Shown one piece after another: positions 42,142 through 54,385 of a DNA stretch of 64,000 bases (the first letter of the stretch is position 1; each line of letters opens with the position of its first letter). The position numbers and the translations under genes were made by a program. Source of the DNA: Felis catus (taxonomy: Eukaryota); NCBI RefSeq assembly GCF_018350175.1, contig NC_058373.1, forward strand, positions 109,122,001 to 109,186,000, read 5' to 3'. The notes under the pieces were generated by a model. The model was not told the origin of the DNA, made no database searches, and saw only the letters and a program-made list of their open reading frames with translations.

Positions 42142-42361
42142 TTTTTTTTAATTTTTTTAACATTTATTCATTTTTGAGAGTGTGAGAGACAGAGCATGAG
42201 CGGGGGAGGGGCAGAGAGAGAGGGAGACACAGAATCTGAAGCAGGGTCCAAGCTCCAAGCTGTCAGTACAGAGCAAGACGCAGGGCTTGAACTCATGGAG
42301 TGTGAGATCATGACCTGAGCTCAAGTTGGACGCTTTACTGACTGAGCCATCCAGGCGCCCC
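42142..42361 (-). mobile_element. Felid CAN-SINE
   Basis: TSD agtacagaacaattttt / agtacaaaacaattttt. Confidence 0.95.
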
Positions 42362-42444
42362 AGTACAAAACAATTTTTAAGGCAGAAGATGTTTTGTTAA
42401 AACTTAATAGAAACAATGTAGTGCTGACATGTCTCAACTGGGTA

Positions 42445-42836
42445 TTTATTTATTAATTTACTTGTTCATTCATTCATTCATTCATTCCCAGTAGAGTTAA
42501 CATACAGTGTTGCATTTGTTTCAGGTATACAGTATAGTGATTTGACAATTCTATATATTACTCAGTACTCATCATAAGTGTACTTCATCCCCTTCACCCA
42601 TTTCATCCATCCTCGCACCCACCTCTGGTAACCTCTGGTAACCATCATCTTGTTCACTATAGTTAAGAGTCTGTTTCTTTGGTTACCTCTCTCTCCCCCG
42701 CCCCTTGGCTTGTTTGTTTTGTTTCTTAAATTCCACATATGAGTGAGATCATATGGTATTTGTCTTTCTCCAACTGACTTATTTCATTCAGCATTATATT
42801 ATCTAGCTCTATCCATGTTGTTGCCAATGGCAAGAT
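42445..42836 (-). mobile_element. Carnivore L1 3' end
   Basis: gttaacatacagtgttgc...ttccacatatgagtgagatcatatggtatttgtctttctc. 10-bp tandem duplication acctctggta at 42621. Confidence 0.9.
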
Positions 42837-43509
42837 GGTCTTTAAATCTTTGAATATTTATATTTAAAAACCAAAACAAAAAAATAGGTTATCACAGATT
42901 TAACATCTGCATTTTGTCGTTGTTGGTATTAGGAAAGACAAATACAGAAATAACGTGAACAAATTAGGGTAGATGAATCATGTAACGAACATGGAAGTTT
43001 TTCATTTTCAGAAAAGAGAAATAAAGAGAATTTATATTTTTAAAATAATGAGCATTTCAGAGGTTAATAAAATAATTCTACAATCATTTTTTTGAATAGT
43101 GTTTTGCTATTATAAGTTGTCAATAAATATCAGAGGACTACCTATTATTTTGACATGTTTAGCTTGTTTGGCTCCCTAGAATGCTTGCAATATGCTATAT
43201 TTGCCAAAGTGTCTTTCTACTGCCTTTTAGTTTAACAAATTACCACACATTTCATCCTTTTGGGTACATTAAATATGCACATATTCTGCTCATATAAACA
43301 TTTTAAGCACTAAAGCATGAATAAAACTGCCAAAGTATTAAAAGTGTACAGCATTAATAAATGAAGGATATAATCAATGTCCCATTAAGTTAAGCATATT
43401 ACAAATATATCCACTTCTGCCCCCCATTTTCATGTGAGTGTGGTGGGTAGGACTAAACAAGGTCATAATTAAAGGTAAGACCTATTCAATTATATGTACT
43501 TATATTAAA

Positions 43510-43740
43510 ATTTTTTTTACTTTGACATAAGTTGTAAAAATCATGCAGAAAGTTCACATGCACCCAATGCAGCTTCTCTTGATGACATCTTACACAACTA
43601 AAGTAATTTATCAAAACCAGGAAATTGAAAATGGTACAAAACAATTAACAAGACTGTAGACCTTATCCATGTTTCACTATTGTTTTACATGCACTCATTT
43701 TTTGGTGTATAATTTTATAAAATTTTATCACATGTACAGG
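43510..43740 (-). mobile_element. L1MC-like 3' fragment
   Basis: atcaaaaccaggaaattga...ttttacatgcactcat...ttttatcacatgta. Reverse homolog of the 15700-15880 segment. Confidence 0.65.
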
Positions 43741-43954
43741 TCCTCTTCCTTAAAAATATTTTCAGTGTTTAGGACTAGCATACATTTCAAAACTAGAGTA
43801 ACCACAAGTACGATATTTCATAGCAAGCAATAACACCACTTCCCACCACAGTCTGTGTTCCCAGGATAAATGGCACATCTATGTGTGTGTTCGCCAAAAT
43901 GTCCATTTTTAATAGCATTTATATTTGGCAGCAATGTGGCCATCATCAACTAAT

Positions 43955-44174
43955 CTTATCTTATTTTATTTTATTTTTTTAATGTTTATTTTTAAGAGAG
44001 AGAGCACAAGTGGGGGAGAGGCAGAGAGAGAGGGAGACAGAGAATCCAAAGCAGTCTCCAGGCTCTAGGCTGTCAGCACAGAGCCCTAGGTGGGGCTTGA
44101 ACTCAGAACCGTGAGATCATGACCTGAGCCAAAGTCAGCAGCTCAACTAACTGACTGAACCACCAAGGCACCCC
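43955..44174 (-). mobile_element. CAN-SINE
   Basis: (TTTTA)n tail, reverse head ...caccaaggcacccc. Confidence 0.92.
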
Positions 44175-44397
44175 AATATCTTTTTTATTCATTAGTACTT
44201 TTCCAGTCCCTTGGAGAACCTTTGGTCCTCCCTCTCATTCTCCCTTGATTAGGACACAACAGATCACTCCAAAAAGTTTTAATAACTCTGAATCTTCAAA
44301 ATCTGTTTGGGTCTTAACTCGGTTGGGGTGGGGGAGGTGGAGCAGAATTTAATACCAGTGGGAATACCATTTTTGCTCTTATGGATTTCCCCTAATT

Positions 44398-45400
44398 TTC
44401 TTTTTTATAAATTGAAGTATAGTTGACACATGTTGCATTAGTTTCAGGTGTACAACACAGTGATTCTACAAGTCTATAAGTTATGCTTCACTCCATATGT
44501 CAGCATTCAATGCCATTACAATACCATTGACTATATTTCCTATGCTGTGCCTTTTATCCCCATGACTTATTCATTCCTAAACGGGAAGCCTATATCTCCC
44601 ATTCCCCTTCACCCATTTTGCCTGTCCCTCTACCCTGTCCCTTTTGGCAATCATCAATTTGCTCTTCGTATTTATGGGTCTGTTTCTGCTGTTTGTTTGC
44701 TTGTTTGTTTGTTCATTTGTTTGTTTTCTGAGATTCCACATATAAGTAAAACCATATGGTATCTATCTTTCTCTATCTGACTTATTTCACTTAGCATAAT
44801 ATCTTCTAAATCCATCTGTGCTACCACAAATGGTAAGATCTTATCCTTTCTTAGGGCTGAGTCGTTTTTCATTATATATACATACACATCATCTTTTTTT
44901 TCAAATTTTGTAATGTTTATTCATTTTTGGGGAGCAGGGGAGGGGCAGAGAGAGGGGAGACACAGAATCTGAAGCAGGCTCCAGGCTCTGAACTGTCAGC
45001 ACAGAGCTCAATGCAGGGCTTGAACCCACAAACCACGAGATCATGACCTGAGCTGAAGTCGGACACTTAACCGACTGGGCCACCAAGGGGCCTCAATACA
45101 CATCATCTTTATACATTCATCTACAGATGGACAGTTGGGTTGCTTCCATATCTTGGCTATTGTAAATAATGCAATAAACATAGGGGAGCATATACTTTTT
45201 GAATTAGTGTTTTCACTTTGTTTGGGTAAACACTCAGTAGTGGAATTATAGTCATAGGGTAATTCTGTTTTTAATTTTTTGAGGAACCTCCGTACTGTTT
45301 TCCACAGTGGCTATACCAATTCCCACCAACAGTGCACAAGAGTTCCTTTGTCTCTACATCCTTTCCAACACTTGCTATTTCTTGTCTTTTTCATTCCAGT
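44398..45400 (-). mobile_element. 5'-truncated carnivore L1, split by a SINE
   Basis: aattgaagtatagttgacaca 3' end...ttttgaggaacctccgtactgttttccacagtggct. ORF-track DKILPF..MDLEDIMLSEISQ. Confidence 0.9.
44897..45094 (-). mobile_element. CAN-SINE nested in L1
   Basis: Perfect 15-bp TSD atacacatcatcttt (44882, 45096). Confidence 0.94.
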
Positions 45401-45489
45401 AAATGGGCACACGTCTAAGGAGAGAGGCCCTGAGGCATAACACACAATAATGAGGTAAACAGATCTCAGTAAAAACTATCTTTCTGCTA

Positions 45490-46725
45490 ATTCCCAAAGT
45501 AAGACCTGTCTCCCGAATTATAGACATGCTTACCTTGTTGGATATCTAATAGCCATTCAAGTTAAACATACCCAAAAAAGAACTCTTAATTTACAACACC
45601 CTCTCTCCAACAACCAAATGTACCTTTATCTCAGAATTTGTCAAGCCACAGCTAGTAGCTCGGACCAAAAGCTACAAAGTCCTCCTTCAATTCACTCTTT
45701 GGTTCGTTTCCTATCCCTAATGCATCAGCAATTCCTGTTGGCTCTACCTTCAGAATATAGCCTCAGTTCAGTCACAGCTCACCACCTTTACCAGCACCCT
45801 TGCATACTCTTTGTGCTTTTCCACTAGCTAGCTGTGTTTCCATGGACCAATTACTTTCTGAGCTTCTATTTCTTCACTTACAGCTTTAAAATTACAATAG
45901 AATCTTCACAAAGGGGTTGTGTTAAATGAGATAATTCAAATAAAACAGTTTTAAAAAGAGAATCCAATAGGGAGTAAGCCTCCAAGAAATGTTATATTCC
46001 ACCATCATCACCACCACTATCATCATCATCATCTTCATCATCGTCGTCATTGAAATAGCTAGCAAACAATTTTTCACACAGCAGAAAGAATAATCTTTTT
46101 TTTAAAAAAAGAATGAAATTATCTTGGGCCTCTCTACCTCAACCCTTTCCTATCACTCTTAGACTTAAATCCAACCTGGTGATGTCCCAAGGACACTATA
46201 ATCAGAGCACTGCCTCCCTCCCCAATCCTAACTTCTACCAGCCTTCCCTCATTCCTTCTGTTCCAGTCATACTACCCCTCTTGCTGCTACTCTAATATCC
46301 AGTCATTAATGCATCAGCACCCTTTCACTAACTGTTCCTTCTACCTAGAACACTCTTCTCCAAGATCTTTACCTGATCCATTTTTTCTCCTCATTCAGGT
46401 CTCTGTTCAAAACCCAGCTCACCACAGAGGACTTCTGTGATCACCTTTGTAAACATCGCCTTTCTCTAAGACCACTCTCCATTAACTTACTACACCTGAG
46501 ATCTTAATTTTATTTATCACCACTTTATTTTTATTTATTTACTTACTTGCTTATCTACTTACTTCTCTATCTTCCCCATTAGAAATGCAAATTCCATGAG
46601 TACAGGCATAGGTCTTGTCCTTTTTGCTTACTGCTATATTTCAGACCTTGTTCTTTGTACTCCCTACTATATTTCTAGAACACACACCAGGTTCTGGAAC
46701 ATCCTGAGTATTCAAATATTTTTTC
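45490..46725 (-). mobile_element. Fragmented L2 region with embedded MIR (~45820-46000) and (CAT/CAC)n tract (~46000-46050)
   Basis: ggatatctaatag, tcctgttggctctaccttcagaatat, ctgttccttctacctagaacactcttc and tcattcaggtctctgttcaaa are L2-like. Confidence 0.65.
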
Positions 46726-47249
46726 TAGTATTTTCACACACCAAAAACCTAAGAAGCAATTTTTCAGAAACATCCTTCTTTCTAATCAAAGTCTTATTAT
46801 TGGTGGTACAAAAACATGGAAGGAATACACATCATTAATGTGAGTAAAAGAATAAAATGTTTGGAAGTTAAGGTGACGTATGCTTTGGCTATATTAAGAT
46901 AATAAATAAATTGGGAAGACCCATTATCATTCACCAAACATGAATGCCCATGGTTGGCCTGGCTAGTTTTATAGAGGCCTGTTATATAATTTTACCCTTT
47001 GAATGCAATGCGATATAATCAACTCACCTACTTTACTAATAATAATTAGGCTAATTTATTAACATTTGATAAACCTCTTTTTACATGCACTCCTGTAGCC
47101 TTTTAGGCTTAGGACAACTTTAGACAAGCTACTTTTGCAAGCTTATCATATTTAAAGTCTTGGTAATTCTGGCATACAGATCTGTAAATGCCCTATGTAA
47201 AAGTCTTTTATTTTCTAATTCACACAAAGGGATTATTTTGAAGATAATA

Positions 47250-47932
47250 ATGGTAGATTAAAGATAGCCACAAACCTCTGACACCTCTTCCATTCACAGA
47301 CAGGGTCTATATCCCTTCCCTTTGAATCTAGGTATCGAATATGGTTACTGTACTCATATGCCATTAGCTGGCCCAGGCCTTAGGAAACTGGAAACCTCTG
47401 ATTTCTTGCTTTTTCAATATCTGCCCTTGGAATGTAGTTTCCATGTTGTAAGGAAGCCCATGCATTCTTCTAGAAAGACCCACATGAAGGGGAATCAAGG
47501 CACCTAGCCAGTAGCTTAGCTAAGCTCCCAGCTAATCACTGGCCTTAAATTGAACAACTTGAAATGTTGATATGAGAAGAATATTCTGGTAACACTTAAG
47601 GCTATACAGGTGGTTCAATAAAACGTTTCTTTCCATTCATATTTGTATTTAATACTGATAGTTAAGATATGATGGAAAATGTTCCATCAATCTATAACTA
47701 TGTGTGCAGTGCATGGCTTGACAACATAAGCTAACAAGCCATGTTGGTAGCTGAGCCAACTAAGAAGTGGATCTTACAGACCCATTCAAGCCACCCAAGC
47801 TGATACCACATGGACCAGAAATAAGTCATGCATTCTTATCTATACATAAATTAGACTCAAGGCAAAAATAAATGGCTGTTCTTATTTTAAGCTGCTAAAT
47901 TTGATTAGTTATACAACTAAAATAATTTAAAC
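47250..47932 (+). mobile_element. MLT1-type (ERVL-MaLR) solo LTR, interrupted at ~47560-47720
   Basis: tggtagattaaagatagccacaaa start, ccatgttgtaaggaagccca, gaagtggatctt, aataaatggctgtt...ttttaagctgctaaattt end. Confidence 0.75.
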
Positions 47933-50297
47933 CCTAATAAAACAAATGGATTCTCAACAGGACAGAGAACTGGGGGAGGAGGGGAGTGAGCTCCTCATGA
48001 TGTACATCAGAGCCCAAGAGTATATTTTAGGAAATACTTTTAAAATATTTAATATACTTTATATTTTCAAATCCAAAACACATATTTTTTTATAATATAA
48101 ACATTAAGGTCATGAATGTTTAATGTATTTAAAATGAGGCATAGATTAAAAGATTGAATAATGCCATTATAATGAGTCATAGATTTCCTTATTCATTCAA
48201 CATTGTAGATATCAGTAGATATTTATTGAACATCTATTTTATACCAGCCACTACACTAGCCACTAGGGATATGATGATAAAAAGAGAGATAGAATTCCTG
48301 CTCTCAAGTAGTGGCCACTACTTTCTCTAGAAAATATAGTCTTTAATTCTCCCAAACACATTCTTTGAAAGAAGGTTAATGATTTTTTCCTTTTCATGGT
48401 TTATAGAAATTCACAAATAAACTTATAGCCAGCCCAAACATAAAAACTAAATATGGTTTATTTCTCATGGTTAAATAATTTGCAGAGTCAAACAAAAAAA
48501 TCTATGTTCAGCGAATTAATTGTAACTCAGCTTCCACTCTTATGAGTTGCTCACAAAAAAAACAGAGAAGATGATGCTACCTGGGTGTCTGAAGGAATTA
48601 TGTTCTCTAGTCGCTTCATTTTGTTTGATCCTTAGGTCAAGCTGCATCTATTCATTTCGTTAATGATTTTTTACTTTTTAGACTTTTTGTGCCCATTCAT
48701 GATGACATCCAACATTTACTTTTCCTAATTATCTTCTTATAAACCTTGGCAAGTAAACATTGGCTGTAGACTGAGCCATTTAAAATGTTGCTATGAGAAT
48801 GAATTTCTGGTAACCTTACAACCTTGCAGGTGGTTTAACCATCATTTCCCTTTCTATTTATATTCACTAACGTCCACCTTTAACAATGATATTTAAGATA
48901 TAGAAGGAAAATGTTCCATCAATCTGTGATTATATGTGTAGCTCCCAGTCTGTTAAGACACATGAAATGATTCCTGTTGGTCTTAGAACAAAGTGAAGAA
49001 GCTGATCTTCAGGAACCTGCAGTTTCAAAGTCTTACTCTCTTTCCAGCTCTCTCATAATGGCTCCTGGCTTTCCTGGATGCTCCTTTTTTGCAGTGACCC
49101 ATATATGTAGGCACCCTCCAGGTATCCACTTATGAGCAGATATTTTATCTTTCCCAACATCACTCAATCTGTGCCCCATTTCAGCTAGTATGTGAAATGT
49201 GCCAATTATCCAGTTAGAGATGAATCTTACTACTTTATATTAAATACTGAAAACTATTTAATATACTCTCTCTAAGGGATGTAAGAATTTTGAATGGGGG
49301 AATTCCAAGTTGATTAAATCATTATTTGAATTAAGTGTCAACTAGTGAGATGAGTTGGGACACAGAGGGACAATTTTCAGAATTTAGCGAGTTATAGCAT
49401 AATATTGGACAGATTGCATCAGCTTATGGACAATCCCATGAATGCCATAACAACTGACTATATCAAAATTGTCTCAATAATTGAATGGCAGTGATTATTG
49501 ATATTATGTCTTATGTGCCCTAAAGAATCACTTAATTTTATAAAATTAATATATACAATAATACAAATTAATACATATAATAAAAAACATAATCCAATGT
49601 TAATAAGTTACTAATGTAACATCAAAGATGGAAGGAAAGGGAGGGAAGGAGATGACTAAAAAGATGTAAAAGTTTTGTTCATTCAAAAGAACTCCAAGAA
49701 ATTAAAGTAAGAACAAAGAATCAATGGAAACGAATTTAACAATAAATTATATTTAATATAAAAAAACAATCAAAGGATCAAAATAGCTTGATCTTCACAT
49801 GATCCTTCTGTGACAGTTATTCTATTTTTTTATGCTAAGTAAATCTATTTTCTTCTTTTCTTTCTAATCCAGCACAGTTCATTCAGACTTCTAGTAAAAT
49901 TAGCATACTTACTTTGATTATATAGCTATAGAAGTTTTTGTAACTTTAATAAAGACTAGCTGGAAAATATAGAACAATGATTCTGAAATAAGAGGAATGA
50001 TAATAGATCAATATCAATAGATACCCAATGAATACTGACCTCATCATTTCTAAGTCATTTATTATAAATCAAACAATGTTTCTTAAAGTACATCAAAATA
50101 TATCAGGTAACCAAAGATAATCAAAGATTAAAATGGTGTGTTATCTTGAGAGGCCCCCAGCTCCTTTTAGTGCTACATCTTCCCTTTCTTTAATATACCT
50201 ACCATCACCCTGAGCCCCCTTCTTACAGGGGCCTACCTCATTGCTCAGGATATCACAACCTCCTGGTTGATGCATTGCCCAGCTGATACAAAGGCTA

Positions 50298-50299
<2 letters not shown>

Positions 50300-50381
<82 letters not shown>
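50300..50381. repeat. Compound (CT)n(CA)n microsatellite
   Basis: Direct reading. Confidence 0.95.
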
Positions 50382-50383
<2 letters not shown>

Positions 50384-50946
50384 CTTCTGAGGGAGCTGTC
50401 TTAGGTACTGAACACCATCTCAAGCAAGGGCATAGCTTGATCTGCCATCCTTGGGACACTGGTCACTCTTATGTTCCTCAAATTCTAGAGCCATCTTAGA
50501 GACAGAAGAAGGAGAAATGTGAGGAGGTTTGGAAATAAAAAGCACACAGACAGAGCTTGCTGGTGATGAACAGTCACTCAGACATGTCCCAAGGGAAAGG
50601 AGATACTTTTTTTTTTACATTATTTTTCAAAAATCATAGTTACAAAGTAAGACTTAAACTTCAGCTGAGTTCAAATGATTAAAGAAAAATCAGATATGTT
50701 CATATCAGGTGAGGCCAAGCTTGGCAAGAGTCAGAACAGACACAAAAAAAATAGAATACCAGCTTGGAAAAGATAGCATGATGGACCTTTCTGTTTCTGC
50801 AATTAAGACTTTTTTTTTCTATGTCTAAAAATTGTTACTGTTTTGGTTTCAAGGAACAACACATACTTTTAGTACTTGTACTTTGTTTCCAATATTTTTT
50901 TCCCCCTGTTAACTTAGGATAAGGCATTTTTCTCCTCTACCATCTC

Positions 50947-50949
<3 letters not shown>

Positions 50950-50993
<44 letters not shown>
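50950..50993. repeat. (CT)n microsatellite
   Basis: Direct reading. Confidence 0.95.
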
Positions 50994-50996
<3 letters not shown>

Positions 50997-51611
50997 GAGT
51001 TCAATTATGATCTAATCTGATGAACAGATGATAATGATATATATAAGTTGTACTTTTCAGGATGTTTATAAATTCTTATATTGTATCTTTTTATTTAAAA
51101 AACTTTAAAAACAAAACAAGGAAACTATAATGGTGAGATTCAGAATACAACAGTACAATGATTTGTGATACAGGGATTTTCCTCTGCTCAAGTTATAAAA
51201 TGCAAATCAACCTGCTCTACCTACTTAAAAGTCCAGCTTTATCAGCTGCAGGAAAAAAAAGAGAAAATAAAGTGAGTCCAGAATGGTGTAATTAAGGTGA
51301 AAATAAAATTTCTTTTGTTTATGGTTCTTTTCTGTTTATTTTGGACTATTACGAAAGTGTTACTATTGTGCTTACATTATTATGGAAGCACCAGATATAA
51401 TATTTGAAATAAGATACCTTTTTGCCAGAACACAAGTATTACTGATCCGATCCAAGGACTGCAGTGGAACTTCCAACAACCTGAAGCCTTCCAAAAACAG
51501 TACCTGTGGAGCATACAGCCAAGAGCTTCCTGTGTCCTCTGCAGCCTAACTTCCTGCTCATCTTCAGTACAATTCATTCTGACTTCTGAATCTTTGTGTA
51601 ATTTCCTCATC

Positions 51612-51775
51612 GTGGATTTCAAAATATGGCCACAATTTTTTTTTCCATGTTGGTATGCACATGTCTTTGCATTGAGACGTCATTGCTTTTCCTACCATAG
51701 GTGGAATCTATTCCTTTCCATCTGGGCTGAATTCGTGACCTCCAACAGAATGTGGCAGAGATGATATTAAGCAAG
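51612..51775 (+). mobile_element. MLT1-type LTR 5' fragment
   Basis: aatatggccacaa...ggtggaatctattcc...tctgggctg...gtgacc...ccaacagaatgtggcaga. Confidence 0.6.
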
Positions 51776-52049
51776 TTTGCTTTCGATTTATAGATATATA
51801 CAGAAACAGGGCTACAAGGATGTTTATAAAATGTTAGTTGGCTATATTTGGAAAATGGAATTTGTGGGGATTTTTGTGTTGCTTAAGCTAGTCTGTCTTT
51901 AAATTTTTACAATAAGCATGTACCTTTTTAGAAAAAGCATAAGTTATTTGCATTTTTAGAAAGGAAGAAGCTATAAATCTCCTTAAAGGACAATTAGGTC
52001 AGTTCCCAGGTGAGATATTCGTGAAAGGCCATTAAAAATCGAAGACGTT

Positions 52050-52260
52050 GGGGCATCTGGGTGACTCAGTCAGTTAAGCATCTGACTTTGGCTCAGGTCA
52101 TGATCTCATGGTTTGCGGGTTTGAGCCCCACGTCGGGCTCTGTGCTGACAGCTCAGAGCCTGGAGCCTGCTTCTGACTCTGTGTCTCCTTCTTTCTCTGC
52201 TCTTCCCCCACTCATGCTCTGTTTCCTCTTTCTCTCAAAAATAAGTAAAACTTAAAAAAA
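52050..52260 (+). mobile_element. Felid CAN-SINE
   Basis: Full length. Imperfect TSD aaaaatcgaagacgtt / aaaaatccaagatatt. Confidence 0.94.
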
Positions 52261-52476
52261 ATCCAAGATATTAACGGTAATTGTAAACTTGACTTAGTGC
52301 TTATTATGAGCCTTACATATGTTATCTCATCAAACTCACAAAATCACTCTAAGTTACTATTTTATCCTTATTGTAAACATAAGAAAACAAATTCAGGAAA
52401 TTAATCTGCCCAAAGTCAGGTCAGAGCTTCAGTCTCAGTAACTACTCAGCTTAATACCATTATCAACTTTAAGATT

Positions 52477-52695
52477 GGGGCACCTGGGTGGCTCAGTCGG
52501 TTGAGTGGCCGACTTCGGCTCAGGTCACGATCTCGCAGTCCGTGAGTTCGAGCCCCGCATTGGGCTCTATGCTGACAGCTCGGAGCCTGGAGCCTGTTTC
52601 GGATTCTGTGTCTCCCTCTCTCTGACCCTCCCCCGTTCATGCTCTGTCTCTCTCTGTCTCAAAAATAAATAAGCATTAAAAAAAATTAAAAAAAA
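52477..52695 (+). mobile_element. Young felid CAN-SINE
   Basis: CpG-rich, full length, short TSD aagattg. Confidence 0.95.
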
Positions 52696-54144
52696 AGATT
52701 GATATTGCAAATAATAATCATCTTGTCCCATAGAAGACCTCTTATAGCCAATGTTAGCTGTTTACTAAACGTTGATCTGACCAAATGTTCTTAAGTATCA
52801 ACAGTGGATCCCAAAGAATCAAATACTCTCAGGGCCTAGATTATAGGTCAAATAGAAACAGGATACATCCCTTAAGTGAAAGGTGCCAAGAACTGTTTTA
52901 GGGCCCCATCACTAAACTAGGATATGCTTACATGAATACAGATGAGAAGTCCTTAAATCTGCTATGCCACATTACTCAAATGTCATTTAATCCAGTAGAA
53001 AATAAAATTTATTAATATCTTTGTAACACAAAGAGAAAATTCTAGTTCACTTTGTTAACAGCTTAGTCACTATGATACACTATTATATACTTAGTCACTA
53101 TGTCACTTAACAGCTTAGTCACTATGATACACTATTATATACTATGATACGTGTCAATACTAATCAAGCATTAATCATTATTTTGACTGACTTAAAAATT
53201 CAAAAATTTGGATATGTACTTAACTGATGGAATGGAATTATAATTTTTGAATCTTAGAAGGCAAAATATCCAGGGGACATGAGAAATACAAATCTAACAT
53301 TTATAGTCTCCCCATCCCCCTCCTTACATTGTACATTCTTAAATTATTGCTGCGTCCTGTGACTCCCCATTATAATCTAGTTTAGATCCCGTGTCATCAT
53401 TTTTAAATGATTGTAATGGCCTTCACTTGGGCTCCTCCTTCTATTTTTCTCAATTATTAGGATCAACCCACTGAACTCAGCAACAAATAAATATGTTCTC
53501 AGCCATCTCTGAATCCTTTCTTTAAATAACTGGGCAGAGTATCTTGTCCAGTCTAGAGATCTATCTGCTTGTCAGTATTCTCCTGTTTCCCTTCTATCTG
53601 GAAATACACTGAACACCAAGTTTCCAAACCAGATAAACAGCATTTGGGGGGGGGGGGAGGGGGAAGCCTTTCAGTCTCGTGCTGGGAAGGGAGATGAGAT
53701 ACTGTGCATTTCTTTCTGTGACCATTGTCTCAACATACATTATCTAGAGATCCTTTATGTGGTGGAGATGCAGACAAAGTAACAACTTCCAAAGGCAAAA
53801 CTGAACAATTTTATGAAGGAAACATTTTGATCAAGGAAACATTTTGATCAAGAGCATCGCTGCTGTTCTCTGGTCCATTGCTGGCTCCTCTCTCTCTGTA
53901 AGACCCCTTTATGAAATGGTTTACTAAGAGTTTTTCATTCTGCCTTCAGATGAACTCTTATAGCTTCCTTTCTATTAACATCTCGGAATCTCGTCTTATC
54001 ATCCCATGGCTAGTGTGACCATAACAACTTCCCAGCTGTTCCCTTTATTTCCATTCTCCATTATAATTCAATGTGCACATGGACACCAGGCAAAATTTCC
54101 TAAAATACTAAAATTTTATGATTTTATTCTTCTCCTTGAGTATA

Positions 54145-54269
54145 GAGGCACCTGGGTGTCTCAGTCAGTTGAGCTTCTGGCTCTTGATTTTGGCTCAGGT
54201 CATGATCTCATGGCCTGTGAGATCAAACCCCTTGTTGGGCTCTGTGCTAACAGCATGGAACCTGCTTGG

Positions 54270-54321
<52 letters not shown>

Positions 54322-54385
54322 TTCCTACTTGAGCACATATGCTCTCTCTCTCTCTCTCTCAAGATAAATAAACATTTTTAAAAAA
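54145..54385 (+). mobile_element. CAN-SINE
   Basis: gaggcacctgggtgtctcagtcagttgag head, two (CT)n tracts, A-rich tail. Confidence 0.92.

Noticed and set aside
53646..53664. Poly-G run (also poly-C near 16300)
   Set aside because: Simple homopolymers with unreliable assembled length and no supporting context.
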